32,000 bases of DNA from positions 1,590,001 to 1,622,000 of the forward strand of contig CP126532.1 in the NCBI GenBank assembly GCA_030167145.1, read 5' to 3'. Shown here piece after piece: positions 1 to 10,745 of the stretch; the first letter of the stretch is position 1, and each line of letters opens with the position of its first letter. The notes beneath the pieces are model-generated. The model was not told the DNA's origin. It worked only from the letters and a program-made list of their open reading frames with translations, and searched no databases. Position numbers and translations under genes: made by a program. This DNA comes from Ktedonobacterales bacterium. Its GTDB lineage: Bacteria > Chloroflexota > Ktedonobacteria > Ktedonobacterales > JADMIN01.

Positions 1-396
1 CATGGGCTGCCAGCGGATAATAGTAAGCTGAGTGCGGCGTCGCGCGTCTTCACTGCGCTCGCGGAGCCGGGCGCGCCCGCGCAATTGCCAATGCCGGGGC
101 AGCAGCCGAATATCGTGGAAGGCAGCATCGTCGCCCCTGGCTCGCACCAGTTGCCCGCGCCACAAGTTGGCGTACCACACCCAGCGACACCAGGAGAGGT
201 GTTGCAGCGCATTCCCGCGCCGCACCCGAAGCACAAAGCGCCGGAACGGTTCGGTATCTACCTGGCGATCTTCGCCGTCTTCGCGCTCTTCGCGACCATC
301 GCCGCCTGCGCCGCGCTCTACCTGATTCTCGCCGATGTGGTGAATAGCCTGCACCTGACGGGGATGCTCGCGGGGCTGCCGCTGCTTCTGAGGTAG
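1..396 (+). CDS. Hypothetical Pro-rich protein with C-terminal transmembrane helix (5' end probably outside window)
   Basis: Frame 1 is open from nt 1 to TAG 394-396, so the track ATG at 85 may be internal. The N part is Pro/Gln-rich (PAPQVGVPHPATPGEV), followed by hydrophobic FGIYLAIFAVFALFATIAACAALYLIL. No family recognised. Confidence 0.45.
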   Translation, partial: HGLPADNSKLSAASRVFTALAEPGAPAQLPMPGQQPNIVEGSIVAPGSHQLPAPQVGVPHPATPGEVLQRIPAPHPKHKAPERFGIYLAIFAVFALFATIAACAALYLILADVVNSLHLTGMLAGLPLLLR

Positions 397-406
397 AGAA
401 GTACAG

Positions 407-1471
407 ATGGGCTTCTTGTCTGCCACATCATATTTGGTACTCGGCCTCTATCTCTACTCTCTGGGCCGCATCGGCTATGCTGCCTTCAAAGAGATGCGCA
501 TGGGCCGGGGGCAACTGCGCGCGGTGAAGCTCAGCCCGACGAGTCTCGCGGATTGGACACGCTCGCTGCATACCTTGCAAGTGCTCAACCCAGAGCATGA
601 TGCCGAGCCAGCACTGTGCCAGGAGTTGAGCCTCAATTGGATGCATGTGACTGGCAGCATGCACGTATCCGCGGCGTGGGGCGCGATTCTGGCATGCCTC
701 GTCTCTATACCAGTCGCGCTGCTGACGGCATTGCCGTTGCTGGGCACGACTGGCCCCCTGCCCACCTTCACTTTGCTGCTGGTGGGAGTAACCAACGTGC
801 TCTTGCTCGATGCGTTACGCACCTTGTTTGGAGCAATTCTTGGTTACACCGCTGGCTATCTGCGCGGCCTGTCGCGCCTGGAGCCATTCCCCAGCCAGAA
901 GTCCGCGACCCCTGAAATCGCAACGCCGCACGTGAGCGATTATCGCGCGTCAGCGTTGGGGCTAGCGCCGGTGGCGATGCTCGTATTAGCGGTGGGAATC
1001 GCGGGCGTCTACGCTCCGTTTGGACTGTTGCCAGCAAGCGGAAATGTCATCTTCGCGCCACTGGAATCTGTCCAGAATGCCATGTTGGGCGTCTCGCTGA
1101 TATTCGCTGTGCTGGTGGTGATCGCAGGTGAGATAGCCATCCATCGGGTTGCGGTCTCCAGCCGTCGCCTCTTCATCTGGAGTCTGCCCATCGCGCAGCG
1201 CGCCGATGAGAAGTGGCGCGCGCTGGCTATCGGTAATCTGTTTGCCGCTGAGATACAGATGGCAGGTACGTTGCTGATCGCGCCTGCGCTGCTCATATTG
1301 CTCGTGCGCGTGTCAGGGTTATCGGGCACACAACTCATTGTGGTACTGTTCGCCTACTTCATCCTGACGATGCTGTCCACATCACTCGCGCGGGGTATTC
1401 TGAAGATGCACGGCAGGCTGGGTGGGCGGCTCACCGGCTGGCCTGCACGGAAACGCGGGCGCGCGGCATAG
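407..1471 (+). CDS. Hypothetical polytopic membrane protein
   Basis: 354-aa ORF starting 10 nt after the upstream stop, with purine-rich GAGGTAGAGAAG before the ATG. Many hydrophobic segments (LVLGLYLYSLG, ILACLVSIPVALLTALPLL, LLLVGVTNVLLL, VSLIFAVLVVIAGEIAI, LIVVLFAYFILTML). No family motif recognised. Confidence 0.6.
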   Translation: MGFLSATSYLVLGLYLYSLGRIGYAAFKEMRMGRGQLRAVKLSPTSLADWTRSLHTLQVLNPEHDAEPALCQELSLNWMHVTGSMHVSAAWGAILACLVSIPVALLTALPLLGTTGPLPTFTLLLVGVTNVLLLDALRTLFGAILGYTAGYLRGLSRLEPFPSQKSATPEIATPHVSDYRASALGLAPVAMLVLAVGIAGVYAPFGLLPASGNVIFAPLESVQNAMLGVSLIFAVLVVIAGEIAIHRVAVSSRRLFIWSLPIAQRADEKWRALAIGNLFAAEIQMAGTLLIAPALLILLVRVSGLSGTQLIVVLFAYFILTMLSTSLARGILKMHGRLGGRLTGWPARKRGRAA

Positions 1472-1492
1472 CACTGCGGGGAAGTCGAGCGG

Positions 1493-2512
1493 ATGGAAGA
1501 TACAGCCACAGCCTTTTTTGTAGCCATCATCATCGCGCTGTTCGTGATCTATGGCGTCGGCATCGCGTGGTTTGCATACGATCTGCGCCGCCCACTGAGC
1601 AATCATACCTTCCGGCGCTATCTCAAGAAGCTGGGGCTGCGAGACACTCTGGCGCAAGTCGGCAACCCGGAGACTCGCGAGTTGGAAACGCTCGTCACTG
1701 CCTGGCGGCGCGCGCATCATCGGATTTCCATAGGTGCGGGCATAGGCGGGCTGAGCTTCATGCTCTGCTCTTTGTCCATCGCGCTGACTCTACCCGTCTC
1801 AAACGTTGGATTGCTACCAGTGGCTTTCGCCCGCACTATACTGACCATTTACGTCTGTGTGTCCACAGGTTTCATTGGTTTGTCGATTGGCAGGGCCATT
1901 GCGACACACGCCGTGCTTCGCGCTATGCCACCAGTAGAGAGACGCGAGCCTGTGGAGATAACCCAACCGCCGATCATGAGCAACCCCAGGTCGCTATGGA
2001 AGCGATGGCTGTGGATGATACCTCTCATGGGCAGCGGTATCATCACACTGGTCGCCTCCGGAACCCTCATTATCGCTACGCACACTACTCAGAGCGAATG
2101 GGGTATGGTTGTCCCCTACGTCGCGCTGTTTTGGGTATTGTTCCTGGCGCTAATTTTTGTATGTTTCCTGGAACGACGAGAACTTCGCTCCATTGTCCAG
2201 CTTACGGGCAGTTTACATGCCTACGCTCCGCACTTGCCAACGGAGGCGACCAGCAAACTCATGAAGGCAATCGGTATGCTCGTTGTGGGCGCTGGGTCGG
2301 TTATGGTGGTGCCCTCGCTAGAGTTTACCCTGATTATCTTCGTGATTATGATACAACCGGCCTTTCGTTTATCACCGGAATTTGGGTTACTGGCTTTCAC
2401 TATCATCGTCTTGTTGTGGATGGTCGCAACTGTTTGTGGGTACTTGTTTCAATCTTCTGCTCTACCTCAAGCTCAGCCGAATGCCCCCGCTGCTAATGGT
2501 CCTGCTGTATAG
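1493..2512 (+). CDS. Hypothetical polytopic membrane protein
   Basis: 339-aa ORF starting 21 nt after the previous stop. N-terminal TM (FFVAIIIALFVIYGVGIAWFAY), a polar linker, then at least 6 hydrophobic segments. The layout resembles the 407-1471 product. No family recognised. Confidence 0.6.
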   Translation: MEDTATAFFVAIIIALFVIYGVGIAWFAYDLRRPLSNHTFRRYLKKLGLRDTLAQVGNPETRELETLVTAWRRAHHRISIGAGIGGLSFMLCSLSIALTLPVSNVGLLPVAFARTILTIYVCVSTGFIGLSIGRAIATHAVLRAMPPVERREPVEITQPPIMSNPRSLWKRWLWMIPLMGSGIITLVASGTLIIATHTTQSEWGMVVPYVALFWVLFLALIFVCFLERRELRSIVQLTGSLHAYAPHLPTEATSKLMKAIGMLVVGAGSVMVVPSLEFTLIIFVIMIQPAFRLSPEFGLLAFTIIVLLWMVATVCGYLFQSSALPQAQPNAPAANGPAV

Positions 2513-2626
2513 GCGTGGGCGGCTCATCCCCCCGCCATCTTGCCGAGGATGATCTCGCGCTGCTTGCGGGCCATGCCAATGTCCATGAGCGGGGTAGGCG
2601 TCACTTTCTGAGTTGTATGATACGTG

Positions 2627-2926
2627 CTATGGCAGCTTGGCCGCCAGGACATCAACCTGCTCGACGGTGGGCGGCTGCGCGAATAGTTCGGAGGCTCGCG
2701 CCTTCAGTGCATCGGCGACGCGGCCAGTGATGTGCGCTTGTCGTCCCGCGTCATTGGGGAAGGCATCGAAAATGCCGAAGGTGGAGGGTCCGAGGCGAAT
2801 CGCGAACCATGCGATGGTTGCTGGCTCATCCTCGACGACTGGCAGCGCGTCGCGAAGAAACGCTTCGACATCGGCCTCTTTGCCGGGTTTCGCCTCCAGC
2901 CGGAGGAGCAATCCTACCGTAACCAT
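2627..2926 (-). CDS. ABM-domain (antibiotic biosynthesis monooxygenase / YgiN-like) protein
   Basis: Track start 2944 trimmed to ATG 2926, which has AAGGAG 7 nt upstream. VTVGLLLRLEAKPGKEADVEAFL...IAWFAIRLGPSTFGIFDAF...DAGRQAH fits the small ferredoxin-like ABM pattern. Confidence 0.72.
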   Translation of the reverse strand: MVTVGLLLRLEAKPGKEADVEAFLRDALPVVEDEPATIAWFAIRLGPSTFGIFDAFPNDAGRQAHITGRVADALKARASELFAQPPTVEQVDVLAAKLP

Positions 2927-3055
2927 CGTTCGTCTCCTTGTCATATGCGCAGTAATGTCTTCAGCGATGATAGCGTGACCGGACCAGATCGCGCACGGAA
3001 TTCAAGCGGCGCAGGTTATGGAGACGCGAATGTGTGCCTACACAGAGTGCCGTGC

Positions 3056-3586
3056 TTAACGTTGCAGTTCCGCGAGCAGGCGCTGGCCCTGCGGCCAGGG
3101 ACCGTAGCCCGCATCGGCGTTGATGTGCCCAGCGAGGCCGAGGGTGACGAAGCGGCTGCCCCAGGCGGTGGCAAACTGTTCGCTGCGGGCGAACGAACAG
3201 TAGGTGTCGTTGGCGCTGGCGACGAGGATGCTGGGGAACGGCAGCGGCGCGAGCGGGACAGGCGCGAAGGTCGCGAAAAGCGCGGCGAATTCGGGTTGCT
3301 CGATGTCCGCCGGTGCGACGAGCAGCGCGCCACGGATGGGCCGGGCATGCGCGGCGGCCCAGTGGGCGATGGTGACGCAGCCGAGGCTATGCGCGACGAG
3401 CACCGGCGGCGCTTCCGCCGCCGCGATGGCGGCATCGAGCGCGGCGACCCACTCCGCGCGGACTGGAGCGTCCCAGTCGCGCTGCTGCACGCGCCGGTAC
3501 TCCGGATGGTCACGCTCCCAGTGGCTCTGCCAGTGGTCGGAGTCAGAATTGAGATAGCCGGGGAGGATGAGGATAGGAGATGGCAC
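3056..3586 (-). CDS. YdeN/RBBP9-type serine hydrolase (alpha/beta fold)
   Basis: The track ORF (to 3736) overlaps dxs. The conserved N-terminus ILILPGYLNSDSDHWQSHW starts just after an in-frame GTG at 3586, giving a TAAcGTG junction with the dxs stop. Triad candidates are Ser in VAHSLGC, Asp in ASANDTYC and His in LAGHIN. Confidence 0.8.
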   Translation of the reverse strand: MPSPILILPGYLNSDSDHWQSHWERDHPEYRRVQQRDWDAPVRAEWVAALDAAIAAAEAPPVLVAHSLGCVTIAHWAAAHARPIRGALLVAPADIEQPEFAALFATFAPVPLAPLPFPSILVASANDTYCSFARSEQFATAWGSRFVTLGLAGHINADAGYGPWPQGQRLLAELQR

Positions 3587-3587
3587 G

Positions 3588-5552
3588 TTAGCGCGTCGTC
3601 TCTTTCGTCGTCCCCTTCGCCGGTTTGCTGACGGGGTAGCCGCTGTGCGTGCCTGGACGCACCAGTTCGCGGACAACGTCTTTGATGTGGCCGGAGGTGA
3701 GACCGTAGAGTTCGCGCAGGATGGCGGGTGTGCCATGCTCGACGAAGGTGTCAGGCAGGCCGATGACCTTCAGCCGCACATCATGCAGGCCGCGCGCATG
3801 GAGTAGCTCGGCGACGGCGCTGCCGAAGCCAGTGGCGGCCATGCCGTCCTCGACGGTGACGAGCGTCTTGGTGGCGCGGGCCAGACGCAGGATCAACTCT
3901 TCGTCTAGCGGCTTGGCCCAGCGCGCATTGACGGCGACGGCGCAGATGTTATCTTCGGCGGCAAGTTCTTGCGCGGCCTGAAGCGCGGGGGCGACCATAT
4001 TACCGAAGCCCAGGATGGCGCACTCGGCATGCTTGATCTCGGCTTCGGGGGTGAGGAGTTCGGCCTTGCCAACGGGCAGCTTCTTGAATTCAGTCTCCAT
4101 CTCGACGCCCAGGCCGTTGCCGCGTGGGTAGCGTAGCGCGACAGGTCCATCGAGGCAGAGCGCAGTGTAGAGCATGTGGCGCAGTTCGTTCTCGTCCTTC
4201 GGGGCCAGCACCTTCATGTTGGGCATCATCCGCATGAAGCCGACATCGAAGACGCCGTGCTGCGTGTGGCCATCTTCGCCGACGATGCCCGCGCGGTCCA
4301 TCGGGAAGACGACGTGCAGGTTTTGCACACAGACATCGTGGATCACCTGGTCGAAGGCGCGCTGCATGAAGGTGGAGTAGATCGCGGCGACGGGCTTCAT
4401 GTGCTCGCAGGCGAGGCCTGCCGCGAAGGTGACGGCGTGCTGCTCGGCGATGCCGACATCGAAGTAGCGGTCAGGGTAGGCTTTCTGGAACTTGTTGAGC
4501 GAAGTGCCTTCGGCCATGGCGGCGGTGATGCCGACGATAGTGCGGTCGCGCTCGGCCAGTTCGACCAGCGCATCGGCGAAGACATCCTGATACTTCGGCG
4601 GCTCGCCAGACTTCTTCTTCATCTCGCCGGTGACGGGGTCGTAGGCGCCAGGGCCGTGGAACTTGGTGGGGTCGGCTTCGGCGAAGGACGCCCCACGCCC
4701 CTTCTGGGTGATGACCTGCACCATGATTGGGCCGTGCAGTTCCCCGGCCATACGGAAGACGTCAACCATCTGCTGGGTATCGTGGCCGTCGAAGGGGCCA
4801 AGGAAGGTGAAACCAAGTTCCTCGAAGATCACGCCGCTCCTGCTAGGCAACACGAATTCTTTGGCGCTACGGGCGGAGCGTTCGGCGACGCCTTTGGCGA
4901 GGCTGCCGCCGGGCATGTGGTCCAGCGTGTGGCCAAGGGCTTCGCGAAGCTGGCGATAATGCTTGTCGGCGCGGATTTTACCGAGGTAGGCGTGGAGCGC
5001 GCCGACGTTATCGGAGATGCTCTTGTCATTGTCGTTGAGGACGATGATGAGGTCTTTCTGCATCGCGCCCGCGTTGTTGATCGCTTCGAGGGCCATGCCG
5101 CCGGTGAGCGCGCCATCGCCGATGATGGCGACGACCTTATAGTGCTTGCCCTGCAAGTCGCGGGCGGCGGCCATGCCCAGCGCGGCGGAGATGGAGGTGC
5201 TGGCGTGGCTCGCGCCAAAGGCGTCGTATTCGCTCTCGTCGCGGCGCAGATAGCCAGAGATGCCGCCAAGCTGCTTGATGGTGCGGAAGCGGTCGCGGCG
5301 TCCGGTGACGAGTTTGTGCGGATAGGCCTGGTGGCCAATGTCCCAGACGAGCTTGTCATAGGGGGTGTCGAAGGCAATGTGCAGAGCCAGAGTAAGCTCG
5401 ACGGTGCCAAGGTTCGGGGCGAGATGACCGCCGCGCAGCGCAACCGTCTCAATGATCTCCTGGCGAAGCTCGGTGGCAAGCTCGGTAAGCTGCGCGGGGG
5501 TGAGCTTCTTCAGTTGCGCGGGGCTATCAATGGTATCAAGAATACGTGTCAC
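3588..5552 (-). CDS. dxs: 1-deoxy-D-xylulose-5-phosphate synthase
   Basis: 654 aa with full-length Dxs pattern: GGHLAPNLGTVELTLALH, DIGHQAYPHKLVTGRR, TPP-binding IGDGALTGGMALEAINNAG, C-terminal transketolase-like domains. GTG start with AGGAG upstream. Confidence 0.97.
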   Translation of the reverse strand: MTRILDTIDSPAQLKKLTPAQLTELATELRQEIIETVALRGGHLAPNLGTVELTLALHIAFDTPYDKLVWDIGHQAYPHKLVTGRRDRFRTIKQLGGISGYLRRDESEYDAFGASHASTSISAALGMAAARDLQGKHYKVVAIIGDGALTGGMALEAINNAGAMQKDLIIVLNDNDKSISDNVGALHAYLGKIRADKHYRQLREALGHTLDHMPGGSLAKGVAERSARSAKEFVLPSRSGVIFEELGFTFLGPFDGHDTQQMVDVFRMAGELHGPIMVQVITQKGRGASFAEADPTKFHGPGAYDPVTGEMKKKSGEPPKYQDVFADALVELAERDRTIVGITAAMAEGTSLNKFQKAYPDRYFDVGIAEQHAVTFAAGLACEHMKPVAAIYSTFMQRAFDQVIHDVCVQNLHVVFPMDRAGIVGEDGHTQHGVFDVGFMRMMPNMKVLAPKDENELRHMLYTALCLDGPVALRYPRGNGLGVEMETEFKKLPVGKAELLTPEAEIKHAECAILGFGNMVAPALQAAQELAAEDNICAVAVNARWAKPLDEELILRLARATKTLVTVEDGMAATGFGSAVAELLHARGLHDVRLKVIGLPDTFVEHGTPAILRELYGLTSGHIKDVVRELVRPGTHSGYPVSKPAKGTTKETTR

Positions 5553-5810
5553 GGTGGTCTCTCTTCTCCTGCTTCAACTTCAGGCGTTACGCAACGCTGG
5601 CGACACTCGCGCGCACGGGGGCGCGGTCGAGTCTTTTGGCATGGACGCTACGCGACGCTGAGTGTCGTCCGCCTGGAAGGAAAGCGCGCCTCTGGCGCAA
5701 CGTCTCCCCCACAAGAATAGAGCATGCGCGTCCGGTTCTCCGGTCACGAGCACACTCCTTTATGCACTCATCTACACATCACATAAAGTGGTCTGCTACT
5801 AACTGCCACG

Positions 5811-5839
5811 ATTATAGGACATGCCGATAATGTCAACAA
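5811..5839 (-). promoter_or_regulatory. Candidate sigma70-type promoter upstream of dxs (TTGTTG-17 nt-TATAAT)
   Basis: On the minus strand, -35 TTGTTG lies at 5839-5834 and -10 TATAAT at 5816-5811, followed by CGTGGC. This implies a ~250-nt leader before the dxs GTG at 5552. Confidence 0.4.
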
Positions 5840-6005
5840 CTATTCTCGCACGTGCCGTCGCGTACATATGTGCGCGGCCAAAGCGCACTCACGTGCAAGC
5901 TGGCGATAGCGCATGGACTGTGCCACGCGACAGCGTTCCTTTCTGATCTCTTATGATGTCTGCCAGAATACGATTGGCGCGATCATAAAGTGACGAGTGG
6001 ATACG

Positions 6006-6383
6006 CTAGAGCATCCATGAAGCGCCGGAAGATGCCTTTACTTCCTGCTCCAACTGCGCGCTGGCGTGGGTAACGATCAGGTCTATGAACTTGTTGGGGC
6101 TGCGCCAGCGCGTGGTCTCTTTGTTCGGGTCGTAATTCCTGATGGCGACGATGCTCTTCAGGTCTGAGAGGGTCATCTGCCGCAGGCGTGTGCGCAGGGC
6201 TTCTTCACCGCCAGCGTCGAGCAGGTCTACCACGTCGAGGGCGTCGCCCGCGCCGAAGACGCTGAGGATGCCGCTTTCGGCCAGCGCCACGCGCACGCGC
6301 TCGGCGACGGAGGTGTTGGTTTTCGCGGCCTCCGCAATCTGGGTGAAGATGTCGGTCAAATGCTCAAGATCGCCTGCCTGCAT
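6006..6383 (-). CDS. Hypothetical small acidic protein
   Basis: Track start 6515 trimmed to ATG 6383 (MQAGDLEHL...) with AAAGAGAG upstream. The product looks globular (LSDLKSIVAIRNYDPNKETTRWRSPNKFIDLIV). No family recognised, and the start is uncertain. Confidence 0.5.
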   Translation of the reverse strand: MQAGDLEHLTDIFTQIAEAAKTNTSVAERVRVALAESGILSVFGAGDALDVVDLLDAGGEEALRTRLRQMTLSDLKSIVAIRNYDPNKETTRWRSPNKFIDLIVTHASAQLEQEVKASSGASWML

Positions 6384-6569
6384 CTTGCGCTCTCTTTCGC
6401 ACGGTTTGTACGTTCTGAAAATAAGTTCATGTTCGCTCTGGGCACTCTGGGCAACAGAACTACAACGGTTGAATATGCCGGTTGGCATTGTACCGGCAGG
6501 CGCGCGAAGTCGCAAGTTTTCGGGAAATATTGGGGATATGCGGTGGCTAGCGCCGCGCGCGGAACACCG

Positions 6570-7067
6570 TCACGAGGTCTGCCCGGTATAGCGGAGGCGA
6601 AGGAGCACCCAAACGACGGCGATGGCGATCATCAGATAGCCGAAGATGAGGCCGGTAATCGCCATGCCGTTGCCGCGCGAGACGCCAGTGCGCGGGATGC
6701 GCGCGAGCGAGACGTGGCCGAGCACGACGGCGACGGCAGCGATGGCGGTGGAGAGCAGCGGCCAGCCATCGGAGATGGGGCTGGAGCAGAGAAATGGCAG
6801 CGAGACGATGCCCGCGATCATCGAGAGCAGCGGGAGCTGGCTGACGCCCTTCTCCACGCGGTCGGTAAACTGGTAGCTGAGCATCGGGGTCGCCTGCGCC
6901 CACGGCTGCGGCACGTTCGCCGGATATTGTATGGGGTACTGCGGCGGATATTGCGCGGGATACTGCGGCTGTTGCGGATACTGCGCGGGCACGGTCGGCG
7001 GCAGTGTCTCAGGCGGTGATGCGGGCTGCGGCGGTAGGGAAGGGTCGTTGGGATAGGGGTAGGTCAT
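6570..7067 (-). CDS. Pro/Gln/Tyr-rich membrane protein, DUF4190-like C-terminal two-TM domain
   Basis: Start taken at ATG 7067 (MTYPYPNDP). QYP-type repeats are followed by LPLLSMIAGIVSLPF...AIAAVAVVLGHVSLARI...GNGMAITGLIFGYLMIAIAVV. This resembles the DUF4190 pattern, recalled from memory and not searched. Confidence 0.6.
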   Translation of the reverse strand: MTYPYPNDPSLPPQPASPPETLPPTVPAQYPQQPQYPAQYPPQYPIQYPANVPQPWAQATPMLSYQFTDRVEKGVSQLPLLSMIAGIVSLPFLCSSPISDGWPLLSTAIAAVAVVLGHVSLARIPRTGVSRGNGMAITGLIFGYLMIAIAVVWVLLRLRYTGQTS

Positions 7068-7109
7068 GTGCTGCTGCTCCCATCTGAAGCGGATGCCCAC
7101 AAGCGGGAC

Positions 7110-7124
7110 GCCACGATTATAGCA
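7110..7124 (-). promoter_or_regulatory. Candidate extended -10 promoter (TGcTATAATCGTGGC) for the 6570-7067 gene
   Basis: The minus strand reads TGC-TATAAT-CGTGGC, with TATAAT at 7121-7116, about 50 nt upstream of ATG 7067. The same TATAATCGTGGC 12-mer occurs upstream of dxs. Confidence 0.4.
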
Positions 7125-7249
7125 TGACAGCCGTTTGTGATGTGTATGCCGATTTGCGCTTGTGACCCATCGCGCGCCATGGTATTGGAAATGCTAACCG
7201 TTGCCAGTTCTGGTCACTCGTCTGGCTAAGCCCAGCAGGAGGCGCATCT

Positions 7250-8464
7250 ATGACACCGCAACCCATCTCGCGTCGCGTGGCGGCATTGCGCGCGGCAACG
7301 CCCGTGCTCGAATTTCTACTGGCGTCGCCGCAGGTGCAGCGCCAGAACGAGCCGGAGGTAGCAAACTTTCTCTTCGGCAACCCGCAGGAGATGCCGCTGC
7401 CGGGATTCGTGGAGGCGTTGCAACGGTGGAGTGTGCCGCAGGATAAGGATTGGTTTGCCTACAAGCACAACGATCCCAAGGCGCAGGCGGTGGTAGCGGA
7501 GGTGCTGCGCGAGCGGCGCGGTGTGGCATTCGAGCCGGAAGACATTTTCCTCACTAATGGCGCGTTCGGTGCGCTGGCCGTGGCATTGGGCGCGGTGGTG
7601 GATGCGGGCGACGAGGTGATCTTCATTACGCCGCCCTGGTTCTTCTATGAGCCGCTGATCGTTGGCGCTGGCGGTGTGCCGGTGCGCGTGAAGATTGATC
7701 CGGCAACATTCGATCTGGATGTAGACGCTATCGCCGCCGCCTGCACACCGCGCACTCGTGCGATCATCGTGAACTCACCGAACAACCCGACGGGCAAACT
7801 GTATTCGCGGGAGACATTGCAACGGCTAGGGGCTGTGCTGGCGGAAGCGTCGCGCCGCAATGGGCGTCCAATCTATCTGCTCTCCGATGAGGCCTATTCG
7901 CGGATTCTCTTCGATGGCCGCGCATACATCAGCCCTACTGAGTTCTACTCCCATGCGTTCCTGCTCTATACCTATGGCAAGACGCTGCTGACGCCGGGGC
8001 AGCGTCTTGGCTATATCGCCATACCGCCAGCGATGCCAGATCGCGACGCGGTGCGTGAGGCGGTGGCGCTGTCGCAGCTCGTTACCAGCTATGCGGTGGC
8101 GAATGCGCTGCTGCAACACGCGCTGGCGGATATCGAGGCGCTTTCGATAGACATCGCGCACCTGCAAGCCAGGCGCGACCGGATGGTGGCGGCGCTGCGT
8201 GACATCGGCTATCAGGCGCATGTGCCGGAGGGGACGTTCTACCTGCTGCCGCAGTCGCCCTGGGCGGATGATCGCGCATTCGCCGATCTGCTGCTGGCGC
8301 ACGATATCCTCGTCTTGCCAGGGACGTGGGTCGAGATGCCGGGCTACTTCCGTATCTCGCTGACGGCCAACGACGCGATGATCGAACGTTCGCTGGCGGG
8401 ATTTGCGGCAGCGCGCGAGCATGCGATACGGCATGAGGCGGTTGCGTCGGGCAGCCCAGACTAA
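7250..8464 (+). CDS. Class I/II PLP-dependent aminotransferase
   Basis: 404 aa with AGGAGG 8 nt upstream of the ATG. Motifs: IIVNSPNNPTGK, DEAYSRI, YGKTLLTPGQRLGY (PLP lysine region), FRISLTAN. Confidence 0.9.
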   Translation: MTPQPISRRVAALRAATPVLEFLLASPQVQRQNEPEVANFLFGNPQEMPLPGFVEALQRWSVPQDKDWFAYKHNDPKAQAVVAEVLRERRGVAFEPEDIFLTNGAFGALAVALGAVVDAGDEVIFITPPWFFYEPLIVGAGGVPVRVKIDPATFDLDVDAIAAACTPRTRAIIVNSPNNPTGKLYSRETLQRLGAVLAEASRRNGRPIYLLSDEAYSRILFDGRAYISPTEFYSHAFLLYTYGKTLLTPGQRLGYIAIPPAMPDRDAVREAVALSQLVTSYAVANALLQHALADIEALSIDIAHLQARRDRMVAALRDIGYQAHVPEGTFYLLPQSPWADDRAFADLLLAHDILVLPGTWVEMPGYFRISLTANDAMIERSLAGFAAAREHAIRHEAVASGSPD

Positions 8465-8480
8465 AGGCGCGCTCTGGTCG

Positions 8481-10691
<2,211 letters not shown>

Positions 10692-10706
10692 TCACAGATG
10701 CGCGGG

Positions 10707-10715
10707 ATGATACCA
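10707..10715 (-). promoter_or_regulatory. Candidate extended -10 element TGGTATCAT upstream of ligA
   Basis: Minus-strand TGgTATCAT about 73 nt upstream of the ligA ATG. A near-identical TGGTATCGT lies about 66 nt upstream of the VWA gene (27613-27621). Confidence 0.3.
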
Positions 10716-10745
10716 GCCTATTCTATTTCGGCCACGCCGGAACGG

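Noticed and set aside
4176-5720. 514-aa + strand ORF (and other + and - ORFs between 3.7 and 5.6 kb) overlapping dxs
   Set aside because: It lies antisense to an unambiguous dxs gene. The product is low-complexity (Gly/Ala/Asp/Val-rich) with no motifs, a typical shadow ORF of GC-rich DNA.
5553-5810. TPP (THI-box) riboswitch in the dxs leader, considered because Dxs is TPP-dependent
   Set aside because: I looked on the minus strand for the conserved CUGAGA and ACCUGAUCUGGAUAAUGCCAGCG-type cores and found neither. A covariance-model scan would be needed for a definitive answer.
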